Source: Halarcobacter sp. (GTDB lineage: Bacteria > Campylobacterota > Campylobacteria > Campylobacterales > Arcobacteraceae). From it: a stretch of 64,000 nucleotides of DNA. Position numbers and translations under genes: made by a program. Where the stretch lies: positions 1,472,001 to 1,536,000 of the forward strand of contig OY781089.1 in the NCBI GenBank assembly GCA_963676565.1, in the 5' to 3' direction. Under the pieces are notes generated by a model. It was not told the origin of the DNA. It searched no databases and was given only the letters and a program-made list of their open reading frames with translations. Every line of letters starts with the position of its first letter. Within the stretch, counting starts at the first letter, position 1. Positions 29,126 to 39,998 of the stretch are shown here, in pieces.

Positions 29126-30508
29126 TTGATAATGTTAGAAGAACAACTATTTGATATTGAAAGTATCCATTACTCTTATAAAAACGGTACAAAAATCGAA
29201 GATATCGTAAAAGAAGTTTATAGAAGAATTGAAAAAATTAATGATGAAGGAATTTTTATTTATCTTCAATCTTTAAATGAAATTTTAGAAGAAGTTTCAT
29301 CTTTTGATAAAATGGATTTAAAGAAAAAACCACTTTGGGGAATCCCTTTTACAGTTAAAGATAATATAGATGTAAAAGGTATTCCTACAACTGCTGCTTG
29401 TAAAGCATATGAATATATTCCAACAGAAGATGCCTTTGTTGTAAAACTTTTAAAAGAAGCTGGGGCTATTTGTATTGGAAAAACAAATCTAGACCAATTT
29501 GCTTCAGGACTAGTAGGTATTAGAACACCATTTACTCCTCCTAAAAATGCCATTGATCCAAAAATTGTTCCTGGTGGCTCAAGTTGTGGTTCAGCTGTTG
29601 CTGTATCACATCAAATAATAAGTTTCTCTTTAGGAACTGATACTGCTGGTTCAGGAAGAGTCCCTGCTGCATTAAATAATATTGTAGGATTTAAGCCAAC
29701 GCTAGGAACCTTATCAAAGCAAGGAGTTGTTCCAGCTTGTTTAACCCTTGATACTGTTTCAATTTTTGCATTAAGTCTTGATGATGCTAAAAAAATTTAT
29801 GACATCTCTGCAATATTCAATGAAGAAGATCCTTTTTCAATAAAAAGAGAAATAGAACATGTAAAGGATACAAAAGATTTAGTAGTTGGTATACCAGATA
29901 AATTTTCAAAAATATTTTATGGGGATAGTATTGAAGAGGAATCTTATGAAAAGACTTTGAAAACTATAAAAGATAAAGGCTTTAAAACTAAAGAGATTGA
30001 TTTAGAAGCATTTTTTGTCGTTGGAGAGTTATTATATGAAGGTTCATGGATAGCTGAAAGATATACTGTTGTAGGTGATATGATTGAAAATAATCCAGAA
30101 GATATGCTAGAAATTATTAGAATGATAATTTCAAAAGCTAAAAAGTTTTCATCAAGTGATGTATACAAAGATATATACAAATTAAAAGAATTAGAAAGAG
30201 AAATAGAGATTCTTATGGAAGAAGTAGATTTATTAGTTCTTCCAACTCTACCAAAACCATATAGTCTAAAAGATTTAGAAAAAGAGCCACTAGAAGCAAA
30301 CTCAAGGCTTGGCTTATATACAAAGTTCGTAAATTTACTCAATTTCAGTGCTATAGCAATTCCCGTCGAAAAAAGAACTGATGGATTTGCAAGTGGAGTT
30401 ACTGCTATGTCCGTTGCCCAAAAAGATGAGACACTAACATCTTTTTGTAAATCTTTACAAGAGGGAATGGAATTATTTTATGGAAATTCAACAGTAGTTC
30501 AAAAATAG
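29126..30508 (+). CDS. atzF: allophanate hydrolase-like amidase (amidase domain only)
   Basis: VKDNID; KTNLDQFASGLVG.R; GGSSCGS; GTDTAGSGRVPAA; LYEGSWIAER; YTKFVNLL. Confidence 0.8.
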   Translation: MIMLEEQLFDIESIHYSYKNGTKIEDIVKEVYRRIEKINDEGIFIYLQSLNEILEEVSSFDKMDLKKKPLWGIPFTVKDNIDVKGIPTTAACKAYEYIPTEDAFVVKLLKEAGAICIGKTNLDQFASGLVGIRTPFTPPKNAIDPKIVPGGSSCGSAVAVSHQIISFSLGTDTAGSGRVPAALNNIVGFKPTLGTLSKQGVVPACLTLDTVSIFALSLDDAKKIYDISAIFNEEDPFSIKREIEHVKDTKDLVVGIPDKFSKIFYGDSIEEESYEKTLKTIKDKGFKTKEIDLEAFFVVGELLYEGSWIAERYTVVGDMIENNPEDMLEIIRMIISKAKKFSSSDVYKDIYKLKELEREIEILMEEVDLLVLPTLPKPYSLKDLEKEPLEANSRLGLYTKFVNLLNFSAIAIPVEKRTDGFASGVTAMSVAQKDETLTSFCKSLQEGMELFYGNSTVVQK

Positions 30509-30563
30509 TTATATTTGGTGGCATAGCCCAACAAAAAAATAAATTTTATATAAAGGAAAGAAA

Positions 30564-32177
30564 ATGCAAAGAAGAGATTTTATGAAAGTTGCAGCTGCAG
30601 CATCAGTTTTACCATTTTTAAGATATTTACCAGTTGAGGCAAATGCTGCAACTAGAGATGGAATTTTAGTTGTTATTTCAGGTCATACAATTAATAGTTT
30701 AGACTTACATAGAAAAGGAACAAATAGACCAAGTTATGAAGTTACAGTTAACATCTATGACAGACTTGTGAAGTTTGGAACAAAAACTTTAGCTGATGGA
30801 ACAATTGCTTATGATTCTACAAAAATTGAGCCACAAATTGCAAAATCATGGGAGTTTTCTGAAGATAGAAAATCTATTACATTTAAAATTGATGAAAGAG
30901 CAAAATTCTGGGATGGTACACAAGTTACTGCACATGATGTAAAATGGTCTTTTGATAGAGCAGTAAGTCTTGGTGGTTTCCCAACTGTTCAAATGAAAGC
31001 TGGATCAATGACTGACCCAAAACAATTTATTGTTGTAGATGATATGACTTTTAAAATTGAAACTCCTGTTGCTTCTAAATTAACACTTCCAGATTTAGCT
31101 GTTCCAATTCCTTTTATTATAAATTCAAAAGTTGCTAAAAAACATGCAACTGCAAAAGATCCTTGGGCAACTGAATATTTACACAAAACACCAGCAGGTT
31201 CAGGACCATATAAAATTGCTAGATGGGATGCTGGACAACAATATGTTTATCAAAGAAATGAGGATTATGCCGTTGGACCAAAACCTGCAATTCAAAGAGT
31301 TATTGTAAGAGAAGTACCTTCAGCTTCAACAAGAAGAGCATTACTTGAAAGAAAAGATGCTGATTTATATACTGATATTCCACCAAAAGATGTGAAAGAG
31401 TTCAAAGCCGAAGGGAAAATAAAAGTTCAAGGTGCACCAATTGATAACTGCTTACATGTGCTAGGTTTAAATGTAAAGTTCAAACCATTTGATAATAAAA
31501 AAGTAAGACAAGCTATTGCTTATGCAGTTCCATATGAACAAATTATTAAAGCTGCTGCATATGATAGAGCTGTTCCAATGTTTGGTGCAAAAAGTGCTAA
31601 GCCATCTGATATTTCTTGGCCACAAGCTTTCCCTTATGATACTAATATTGAAAAAGCTAAAAAACTTATGGAAGAAGCTGGTTTCAAAGATGGTTTTGAA
31701 ACAACATTATCATATAACTTAGGTATGGCAGATTGGCAAGAACCAACCGCATTACTTATTCAAGAAGCATTGAAAAAAATTGGTATCACTGTTAAACTTG
31801 ATAAAATTCCAGGGGCAAACTGGAGAACAGCAGCACTTGTTGAGAAAAGACTTCCAATGCACTTAGATAACTTTGGTGGATGGTTGAATTATCCTGATTA
31901 TTACTTCTTCTGGGCTTATCAATATGGACATTTATTTAATGGGTCAAATTACAAAAATGAAAGAGTTGAGGAGTTAACAAATAAAACACTTCATATGGAA
32001 GTTACTAATCCAGATTATGAGCCAATGATTAAAGAGATGATAGAAATCGCTTTTGATGATGTTCCTAGAATTCCATTATATCAACCATATTTAGATGCTG
32101 CAATGCAAAAAAATGTTGATGGATATTCTTCATGGTTCCATAGACAACTTGATTGTAGTACTATTACGAAATCTTAA
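30564..32177 (+). CDS. ABC substrate-binding protein (DppA/family 5) with Tat signal
   Basis: MQRRDFMK..ANA; family-5 signature AKSWEFSED..FWDGTQVTAHDV. Confidence 0.9.
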   Translation: MQRRDFMKVAAAASVLPFLRYLPVEANAATRDGILVVISGHTINSLDLHRKGTNRPSYEVTVNIYDRLVKFGTKTLADGTIAYDSTKIEPQIAKSWEFSEDRKSITFKIDERAKFWDGTQVTAHDVKWSFDRAVSLGGFPTVQMKAGSMTDPKQFIVVDDMTFKIETPVASKLTLPDLAVPIPFIINSKVAKKHATAKDPWATEYLHKTPAGSGPYKIARWDAGQQYVYQRNEDYAVGPKPAIQRVIVREVPSASTRRALLERKDADLYTDIPPKDVKEFKAEGKIKVQGAPIDNCLHVLGLNVKFKPFDNKKVRQAIAYAVPYEQIIKAAAYDRAVPMFGAKSAKPSDISWPQAFPYDTNIEKAKKLMEEAGFKDGFETTLSYNLGMADWQEPTALLIQEALKKIGITVKLDKIPGANWRTAALVEKRLPMHLDNFGGWLNYPDYYFFWAYQYGHLFNGSNYKNERVEELTNKTLHMEVTNPDYEPMIKEMIEIAFDDVPRIPLYQPYLDAAMQKNVDGYSSWFHRQLDCSTITKS

Positions 32178-32181
32178 TATT

Positions 32182-33204
32182 ATGAAAAATCGTGTAGCTC
32201 AAATAATAAATAGACTATTTCAGTCAATACCTTCAATCATAGGTATCATAATAATTTCGTTTTTATTAACAAGAGCCTTACCAGGTGACCCAGCAGTTTA
32301 TTTTGCTGGGGCTATGGCTGATGAAGAATCAATTCAACAAACAAGAATTGCCCTTGGTTTAGATAAAGGTATTATTGAACAGTTTTTTATTTATGTACAA
32401 AATTTATTTCAAGGTAATTTAGGGATGTCATTAAACACTGGACTTCCTGTTTTAGAAGAGTTAGGTACAAGATTGCCAGCTTCTTTGGAATTAACATTTT
32501 TAGGTCTTACATTTGCCGTATTAGTTGCTATTCCATTAGGAATTTTATCTGCAACTAAACCAGGAAGTTTAATAGACCATTTAACAAGAGTTTTAGTAAC
32601 AATGGGAGTTTCCCTTCCAACATTTTTTACAGGATTATTTTTAATTTATATATTTTATTTTATTTTAGGAATTGCCCCTTCACCTATTGGAAGGTTAGAT
32701 ATTATCTATTTATCACCTCCTCATGTGACAGGGTTTTATACAATAGATTCATTATTAGCAAATGATATGGAAACTTTTTGGGCTAGTGTTAGACAGCTTA
32801 TTTTACCATCTTTAACATTGGGAATTTTTGCTCTAGCTCCAATAGCTAGAATGACAAGAGCTTCTATGTTAAATGCCTTATCAAGTGATTATGTAAGAAC
32901 CGCAAAGGCAAATGGTTTACCCCAAGGAAAAGTTTTGATAACTTATGCCTTGAGAAATTCTTTCCTTTCAATTCTTACAACACTAGGGATGGTTTTTTCA
33001 TTTTTGCTTGGTGCAAATGTGTTAGTTGAAAAAGTGTTCTCATGGCCAGGAATTGGTTCTTTTGCAATTGAAGCACTAGTTGCCTCAGATTATGCAGCAG
33101 TTCAAGGTTTTGTTTTAACAATGGCATTACTGTTTGTACTAGTAAACTTATTGATAGATATTATTCTTACTCTAATTGATCCTAGAGTTTCAATCGATAA
33201 TTAA
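32182..33204 (+). CDS. ABC permease (DppB-like)
   Basis: LPGDPA; DYVRTAKANG EAA loop; VEKVFSWPGIG; ATG 32182 preferred over 32095. Confidence 0.9.
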   Translation: MKNRVAQIINRLFQSIPSIIGIIIISFLLTRALPGDPAVYFAGAMADEESIQQTRIALGLDKGIIEQFFIYVQNLFQGNLGMSLNTGLPVLEELGTRLPASLELTFLGLTFAVLVAIPLGILSATKPGSLIDHLTRVLVTMGVSLPTFFTGLFLIYIFYFILGIAPSPIGRLDIIYLSPPHVTGFYTIDSLLANDMETFWASVRQLILPSLTLGIFALAPIARMTRASMLNALSSDYVRTAKANGLPQGKVLITYALRNSFLSILTTLGMVFSFLLGANVLVEKVFSWPGIGSFAIEALVASDYAAVQGFVLTMALLFVLVNLLIDIILTLIDPRVSIDN

Positions 33205-33213
33205 GGAAAAAAG

Positions 33214-34059
33214 ATGAATCAATTTTTTAAACATTTTATTTATGTATTAAAAGAAAACCCAGTTACTGCCTTATCTTTTTTTATGTTTTTTGCAATTGTA
33301 TTTTTATCAATATTTGGTTCTGCAATTGCTCCATATGATCCACTCTTGACAGATGCAAAAGCAATACTCCAAGCTCCATCTTGGGCTCATCCATTTGGAA
33401 CTGACAATTTAGGTCGTGATATTTTAAGTAGAGTTATTGTTGCCACAAGATTGGATTTATTTATTGCATTTTCTGCTGTATTTTTATCATTTTTTATTGG
33501 TAGTGCTTTAGGAGCTATATCTGGATATTATGGTGGGTGGATAGATAAGATTATAGGAAGAGTAAGTGATTCTATCATGGCTTTTCCCTTATTTGTTTTA
33601 GCTATGGGGATTGTAGCAACTATGGGTAATTCAGTAGAAAATATCATCTATGCAACTGCAATAATCAATCTACCTTTTTATGCAAGGGTAACTAGAGCAG
33701 AAGTTTTAATTAGAAGAGATGCTGGATATGTTTTAGCGGCAAAATTAAATGGAAATTCAAACATGAGAATATTGGCTTTACAGATTTTTCCAAATTGTCT
33801 ACCACCTATGATGATTCAAGTATCTTTGAATATGGGATGGGCAATTTTAAATGCAGCTGGTCTTTCATTTATTGGTTTAGGCGTTAGGCCTCCTGATGCA
33901 GAGTGGGGGATTATGGTTGCAGAAGGTGCAACTTATATTGTTTCAGGTGAATGGTGGCTCGCACTTTTCCCAGGATTAGCATTAATGCTTGCAGTATTTT
34001 GTTTCAATCTTTTAGGTGATGGTTTAAGAGATTTGGTTGACCCCAAAAAGAGAACATAA
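33214..34059 (+). CDS. ABC permease (DppC-like)
   Basis: HPFGTDNLGRD; LSFIGLG..PP..EWG; GDGLRD..DPK. Confidence 0.92.
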   Translation: MNQFFKHFIYVLKENPVTALSFFMFFAIVFLSIFGSAIAPYDPLLTDAKAILQAPSWAHPFGTDNLGRDILSRVIVATRLDLFIAFSAVFLSFFIGSALGAISGYYGGWIDKIIGRVSDSIMAFPLFVLAMGIVATMGNSVENIIYATAIINLPFYARVTRAEVLIRRDAGYVLAAKLNGNSNMRILALQIFPNCLPPMMIQVSLNMGWAILNAAGLSFIGLGVRPPDAEWGIMVAEGATYIVSGEWWLALFPGLALMLAVFCFNLLGDGLRDLVDPKKRT

Positions 34060-34085
34060 AATTTAAAGAACATAAAGGATAATAA

Positions 34086-35792
34086 ATGTATTCATTTTTA
34101 AATATTGATAACCTAAGTGTCGATTTTAAAACTAGAAATGGAATTGTTCATGGGGTTAAAAATGTCTCAATGGATATAAAAAAAGGTGAAATTCTTGGTG
34201 TAATTGGTGAAAGTGGTTCAGGTAAATCTGTTACTGCTTTTACAGTATTAGGATTATTGGATTCTGCTGGATATGTTTCAAGTGGGGATATCTCTTATGA
34301 AAACTTTTCTTTAACAAAAGCAAATGAGAGTGAATTAAGATTATATAGAGGTAGAGAGATCTCTATGATTTTTCAAAATCCTAGGGCTGCATTAAATCCA
34401 ATTAGATGTGTAGGAAAGCAGATTGAAGATGTTTTAATTTGTCATAAACAAGCTTCCCCTCAAGATGCAAAAGAAAAAGCAATAAAAATGCTTGAAAAGG
34501 TAAAAATTGTAAACCCAGAACAAAGATATTATTCTTATCCTTTTGAGCTTTCTGGTGGTATGTGTCAAAGGGTTATGATTGCAATTGCAATTGCTTGTAG
34601 ACCAAGACTTTTAATAGCTGATGAACCTACAACAGGACTTGATGTAACTACTCAAAAAATTATTATGGATTTAATACAAGAACTAGCAAGAAATGAAGGT
34701 ATGTCTGTAATGTTAATTACCCATGATTTAGGTATGGCGGCATTATATTGTAATAATATTTGTGTAATGCAAAAGGGTGAAATAGTTGAAAAAAATAGTG
34801 TAATTAATTTATTTCAAAACCCAACACATCCTTATACAAAAAAACTAATAGCAGCTTCTCCCGGACCCAAATCTAAGCTTGAGGATTTAACAGCAATTCC
34901 TGAAGAGATGGAAGATTCAAATGTAGAAGTGGTAAAAATAAGTAATAAAAAACATATAAAAAGTAACAAAGTTGTTTTAGAGGTTGTTGATTTAGTAAAA
35001 AAGTTTCCAATTGGTAAAAAGTCTTTTTTTAATTTTAAAAAAGAAAAAGAGGAAATGTTTACAGCTGTAAATGGGATTTCATTTACACTAAAAAAAGGTG
35101 AAAGTTTAGGTTTAGTTGGAGAATCTGGTTGTGGTAAGTCAACAACATCAAGTATGATTACAAAATTACTAGAGCCAACTTCAGGAGATATTATTTTAGA
35201 TAAAGAAAATATAACTGCATATACAGCAACACAATTTTCATCTATGAAACAAAGAAATAAAATCCAAATGGTTTTCCAAGACCCAACTGAGAGTTTAAAT
35301 CCAAGATTTACAGCATATGATTCTATTTCAGAGCCTATAAAAAGGCTTTTAAATATGAAAAGCAAAGAAAAAATCAAAAAAAGAGTTGAAGAGTTAAGTC
35401 TAATGGTAGGACTTCCTATTCATCTTCTTTCTAGATTTCCCCACCAATTATCTGGTGGACAAAAAGCAAGAGTAGGGATAGCAAGAGCTATTTCAACTAA
35501 TCCAAAGGTTTTAATACTAGATGAGCCAACTTCTGCCCTTGATGTATCTGTTCAAGCAGTTGTTTTACAACTTTTAGAAAAATTAAAAATTGAATTACAA
35601 ATGAGTTATATTTTTGTATCTCATGATTTAAATGTAGTTAAATTATTGTGTGAAAGAGTTATTGTAATGAATAGGGGTGAAATAGTTGAACAAGGTGATG
35701 TTTATGATATTTTGGAAAATCCAAAAGAGGAGTATACAAAAAAACTTATAGAGTCAATTCCCCATTTTGAACCAAATAAATTGATATCTTGA
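34086..35792 (+). CDS. fused dual ABC ATPase (DppD/F-like)
   Basis: Two sets of Walker A, LSGG and DEPT motifs. Confidence 0.93.
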   Translation: MYSFLNIDNLSVDFKTRNGIVHGVKNVSMDIKKGEILGVIGESGSGKSVTAFTVLGLLDSAGYVSSGDISYENFSLTKANESELRLYRGREISMIFQNPRAALNPIRCVGKQIEDVLICHKQASPQDAKEKAIKMLEKVKIVNPEQRYYSYPFELSGGMCQRVMIAIAIACRPRLLIADEPTTGLDVTTQKIIMDLIQELARNEGMSVMLITHDLGMAALYCNNICVMQKGEIVEKNSVINLFQNPTHPYTKKLIAASPGPKSKLEDLTAIPEEMEDSNVEVVKISNKKHIKSNKVVLEVVDLVKKFPIGKKSFFNFKKEKEEMFTAVNGISFTLKKGESLGLVGESGCGKSTTSSMITKLLEPTSGDIILDKENITAYTATQFSSMKQRNKIQMVFQDPTESLNPRFTAYDSISEPIKRLLNMKSKEKIKKRVEELSLMVGLPIHLLSRFPHQLSGGQKARVGIARAISTNPKVLILDEPTSALDVSVQAVVLQLLEKLKIELQMSYIFVSHDLNVVKLLCERVIVMNRGEIVEQGDVYDILENPKEEYTKKLIESIPHFEPNKLIS

Positions 35793-35822
35793 TAATAAGT
35801 TCAATTGGATATAATTTTAGCC

Positions 35823-36503
35823 ATGAAAAATATTTTAAAGTATCTTACTGTTTTATATGTCGAAGATGATGATGAAGTAAGAGAAAATATAACAAGTTCA
35901 ATTTCAAATATTGTTAAAAAAGTTTATTCAAGTTCTAATGCTAAAGATGCATTAGAACTTTATGACTCTATAAAACCTGACATTATTTTTACTGATATTG
36001 ATATGCCTGGAATAAATGGTTTAGAGTTAGTAAAAGAGATAAGAGAAGAAGATAGTTCTACTCCTATTGTTGTTTTAACGGCTTATAAAACTGAAAACTT
36101 TTTATTAGAAGCTGTTTCTTTACACCTTGAATCATATATAATAAAACCTATTTCTTATCAAGATTTAAAAGAAGCTTTGTTTAATTGTTCCCAAAAATTG
36201 TTAGAGCGAAATAGATTTGAAATAGTCTTTCCTAATAGTTCTAAATACAATCTTCATACAAATATTTTTACAAATGAAAATAATGAAATTGAAAAACTAC
36301 AACATAAAGAAAAACTTCTTTTAGAAATTTTAATCGAGTTTAAAAATGAACTTGTTTTGTATGATATTATTGAAGAAAATGTTTGGGAAGGTGATATCCT
36401 AAATAAAGGCACATTAAAAGTTTTGATTGGAAAACTTCGTCAAAAAATTGGAAAAAATTCAATAATAAATGAAAATGAACAAGGTTATAGGCTTCTCATT
36501 TGA
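35823..36503 (+). CDS. OmpR-type response regulator
   Basis: VEDD, TDIDMP, KP; winged-helix C-terminus (KLRQKIG..GYRL); ATG 35823. Confidence 0.9.
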   Translation: MKNILKYLTVLYVEDDDEVRENITSSISNIVKKVYSSSNAKDALELYDSIKPDIIFTDIDMPGINGLELVKEIREEDSSTPIVVLTAYKTENFLLEAVSLHLESYIIKPISYQDLKEALFNCSQKLLERNRFEIVFPNSSKYNLHTNIFTNENNEIEKLQHKEKLLLEILIEFKNELVLYDIIEENVWEGDILNKGTLKVLIGKLRQKIGKNSIINENEQGYRLLI

Positions 36504-38200
36504 TAAAAAATAAATACAAACTGCATGTTTCATCTATAATTATTATAGGTTTTTTACTCTCCTTGACTATTAGTTATTTTATAAATAATATTGAAGAAAA
36601 AGCTATAAAAAATAGATTTGAAAATGTTGTTGATAACAAGATGAAATCTTTTTATCGAGGTATCTTAGTAAATCTAGAAACTCTATATACTTTATCTATT
36701 TTATTTAATGAAGATAAAGTTCCTTCGAGAGAATTATTTGATAAAGAAGCAAAAAAAATCATAAAAAGACACAATGCCTTACAAGCTTTAGAATGGATTC
36801 CAAAGGTTCAAAATGAACAAAGATCATTGTATGAAAAAGATTTCTTTTTTACAAAACAAAATTCAAATAAACAAATGGTAAAAATAGAGACAAAAGATGT
36901 TTATTTTCCAGTTTTCTATGTGACTCCTTTGAAAAATAATGAAGCAGCTCTTGGTTTTGATCTTTCAAGTAATCCAAATAGAAATATAACAATTCAAGAA
37001 TCACTTTCAACTAAAAAACCTCAAATTACAAAGGCAATTGAACTTGTACAAAACCAAAATAAAAAAGGTTTTCTAGCTTTTTTACCAATATATGAAGAAG
37101 ACAATCAAAATATAAAAGGGTTTGTTTTAGGAGTATTTGTGATTGAAGATATTTTTATGAAAACTATTTTAGATGATAAAATCTCTAAACAAATAAACTT
37201 TAATATTTTCGATACAGATAATAATGAATTAATATTTAACCATAGTGCAGAAAATAAACCATATAAATATCTAAATTATAGAATCAAGTTTCCTAGTATT
37301 TGGGGAAAACAATGGGAAGTTGAAGCAATACCAAATATAGAATATATAAATGAAAGAAAAAGTTTGGCTTTTGAATTAAGTTTGATAATTGGAATTTTGT
37401 TAACAATAATTGTTTCATATAAAATAAATAAATTTCAAAATCAAAAATTTGAGTCTCAACAAGAACTAAAAAATAAAGATGATATTTTATATATACAATC
37501 AAGGTATGCAACTATTGGTGAAACCTTATCCAATATTGAACATCAATGGAGAACTCCTTTATCAAAACTATCTTCAAATATTATCTCAATTCAAAGTGAA
37601 ATAGAATTTAAAGGGATGCCCCAAAAAGAGAACTTGCAAACCAAGTTAGAAAATATGCAAAAGACTTTGGATTATATGAGTAATATTGTTGATGAATTCA
37701 AAAATTTTCATATTCAAGATAAACATAAAACAGATTTTTCTTTTGATGATACATTAAATGTTGCACTTAAACTTTTAGAACATGATTTTACAAAACTTAG
37801 TATCAAAGTTGTAAAACAAAAAAAATTCAATCAAACTTTATATGGATATCAAAATGAATTTTCGCAAGTACTAGTAAATATACTCTCAAATTCTAAAGAT
37901 GCATTTATAGAAAGAAAAGTTCACAATCCTTTAATACAAATACAAACATACGATAAAGAAGGTAAGGTCTATATAAAAATTAGAGACAATGCAGGTGGTA
38001 TTGAAGAAAAACATATAAAAAACATATTTGAACAATTTTATAGTACAAAAGAAAGTTCAGGAATAGGGTTACATTTGAGTAAAATGATTGTTACAAAACA
38101 TATGGATGGAAAAATTGAAGTTAAAAACTCTAATTTTAGTGTTCATTCTGTAAACTATTATGGTGCAACTTTTATTATCGAACTCCCAAAAAAAGTTTAG
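36500..38200 (+). CDS. CHASE-domain sensor histidine kinase
   Basis: QALEWIPKV, N..ALGFDL, ELVQ CHASE motifs; EHQWRTPL; DNAGG and GIGL. Confidence 0.9.
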   Translation: MIKNKYKLHVSSIIIIGFLLSLTISYFINNIEEKAIKNRFENVVDNKMKSFYRGILVNLETLYTLSILFNEDKVPSRELFDKEAKKIIKRHNALQALEWIPKVQNEQRSLYEKDFFFTKQNSNKQMVKIETKDVYFPVFYVTPLKNNEAALGFDLSSNPNRNITIQESLSTKKPQITKAIELVQNQNKKGFLAFLPIYEEDNQNIKGFVLGVFVIEDIFMKTILDDKISKQINFNIFDTDNNELIFNHSAENKPYKYLNYRIKFPSIWGKQWEVEAIPNIEYINERKSLAFELSLIIGILLTIIVSYKINKFQNQKFESQQELKNKDDILYIQSRYATIGETLSNIEHQWRTPLSKLSSNIISIQSEIEFKGMPQKENLQTKLENMQKTLDYMSNIVDEFKNFHIQDKHKTDFSFDDTLNVALKLLEHDFTKLSIKVVKQKKFNQTLYGYQNEFSQVLVNILSNSKDAFIERKVHNPLIQIQTYDKEGKVYIKIRDNAGGIEEKHIKNIFEQFYSTKESSGIGLHLSKMIVTKHMDGKIEVKNSNFSVHSVNYYGATFIIELPKKV

Positions 38201-38231
38201 TGGTGTGAAGAAAGGGATTTGAACCCTCTCA
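38201..38231 (-). repeat. degenerate direct repeat of the tRNA-Leu 3' end (att-like scar)
   Basis: tggtgtgaagaaagggatttgaaccctctca vs tggtgcgaatggagggatttgaaccctcaca (39999..40029): 26/31 identical. Confidence 0.8.
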
Positions 38232-39869
38232 TCAGTTGTGGCATTTATCAAGATTTTTTAAGATATTTTCTAACTTGTCTTTTTTTATTAAAGAGTTTTC
38301 ATCAAATTGTATATTCATTCTTTTAAACTTTTTAGAAATTCTTTCACTTACCCCAACAATAATTAATTTTTTATTATTTTGCTTGAAATTATCTATTATA
38401 GATTTAAATGCTACTAAAGCTGTCATATCCATTATCGAAACATTTTCTAAATTTATAATAACAGTTTCTATGTCTTTTTTTGTATCAAGTAAAGTTTTTA
38501 AAGCTCTTTGTGCTGCCCCAAAGAACATAGGACCATTTATATCGTAAATTGCTACATTATCTGGAATTTCAAAATGAGCTAATGAGTGTTTATTATTAAT
38601 CAACTTTATTGAATATAAATCTATTGTTCTTTTTATAAATAAAATAGATGCTAATCCCATTCCTACACCAACTGCAATTTGCATATCAAGTAAAACTGTT
38701 AAAATAAAACAAGTTAATAGTACATATATATCATGTTTTGGAGCAACTTTTATAATATTTATAAAGTGTTTAATTTCCGACATATTATAAGCAACTATAA
38801 GTAATAAAGCTGATAATGAAGCCATTGGTAAATATGATAAATATGGAGCCAAAATAATGATACACAAAAATATAAATATCGCATGAATAACTGAAGAAAG
38901 TTTAGAATTAGCTCCTGCTTTTACATTGGCAGCACTTCTTGCAATTGCTGCTGTTGCTGGTATTCCTCCAAAAAAAGGCACAAAAATATTTGCTAATCCT
39001 TGACCTATTAACTCTTTATTTGGGTCAGTTCTATATCCAGTCATACCATCAGTTATTACTGCGCAAAGTAATGATTCTAATCCTCCTAATATTGCAATAG
39101 CAACTGCATGGGGTAAAATCTTATAAAACATAGCTAATGATAAATCATCGACAGTATAAGCACTCCAAGGAGCTGAAAATTGCAGAGGAATAGAAGGAAT
39201 ACCATTACCAACTATTCCATTTATATCATATTGAAAAGTTGAATAAATAGTTGAAATCTGATTTTGAGGAAATGTTAAATTATATAATACAACACTAATA
39301 GTTACTATTGATAAAGCAATTAATGCAGCAGGAATTTTACTTTTTGTTTTACCCCATAAAATTAATATTGCTAAAGTTGATATACCTACAATTAATTCTT
39401 GAATTTTAAATGTTGGCAAACTCGTTAACAATAGGTATACTTTTTGATGAAAATGTCCAGAAAAGTTCTCAATAGTAAGCCCAAAAAAATCTTTAACTTG
39501 AAATGTTGCAATTACCACTGCAATCCCTGTTGTAAATCCTACTGTTACTGGGTAAGGTATAAGTTCAATTAATGTTCCTAGTTTAAAAAGACCCATTAAT
39601 AAAAGAAAAAATCCTGACATTAATCCACAAATTAATAATCCTTTTAATCCAAAATCTTGAACAATTGGTATCAATATTACTACAAAAGCAGCTGTTGGTC
39701 CTGATATGCTAAATTTACTACTTCCAAATATTGCTGCTACAATTCCAGCAACAATTGCAGTATATAAACCGTTTTGAGGAGGAACCCCAATGGCTATTGC
39801 TAATGCCATTGACAAAGGTAATGCAATTATTCCAACTGTGAGGCCTGAAAAAATATTATTTTTAATCAT
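38232..39869 (-). CDS. dauA: SulP/SLC26 transporter with STAS domain, DauA(YchM)-like
   Basis: ALPLSMALAIA.GVPPQ.GLY; SGPTAAFVVIL; LESLLCAV; GGIPATAAIARS; INGPMFFGAA. Confidence 0.82.
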   Translation of the reverse strand: MIKNNIFSGLTVGIIALPLSMALAIAIGVPPQNGLYTAIVAGIVAAIFGSSKFSISGPTAAFVVILIPIVQDFGLKGLLICGLMSGFFLLLMGLFKLGTLIELIPYPVTVGFTTGIAVVIATFQVKDFFGLTIENFSGHFHQKVYLLLTSLPTFKIQELIVGISTLAILILWGKTKSKIPAALIALSIVTISVVLYNLTFPQNQISTIYSTFQYDINGIVGNGIPSIPLQFSAPWSAYTVDDLSLAMFYKILPHAVAIAILGGLESLLCAVITDGMTGYRTDPNKELIGQGLANIFVPFFGGIPATAAIARSAANVKAGANSKLSSVIHAIFIFLCIIILAPYLSYLPMASLSALLLIVAYNMSEIKHFINIIKVAPKHDIYVLLTCFILTVLLDMQIAVGVGMGLASILFIKRTIDLYSIKLINNKHSLAHFEIPDNVAIYDINGPMFFGAAQRALKTLLDTKKDIETVIINLENVSIMDMTALVAFKSIIDNFKQNNKKLIIVGVSERISKKFKRMNIQFDENSLIKKDKLENILKNLDKCHN

Positions 39870-39998
39870 TTACTTTTCCCCTAATTTTAGATTTTCATGT
39901 ATAGAAATAAACTGATCGGGTATTTATAAATCTCGGTCTTTAATAGTAGATTCTATTTCAAGAAATATGTTGTTGATTAACTTAGAATACTTATTAAA

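Noticed and set aside
30516..30531. TGGTGGC..GCCCAA as another tRNA att fragment
   Set aside because: Only the first five bases match the tRNA end; more likely a small mRNA hairpin before the SBP gene.
39870..39998. Possible riboswitch or integrase remnant between tRNA-Leu and SulP
   Set aside because: No recognisable aptamer consensus or coding remnant by eye.
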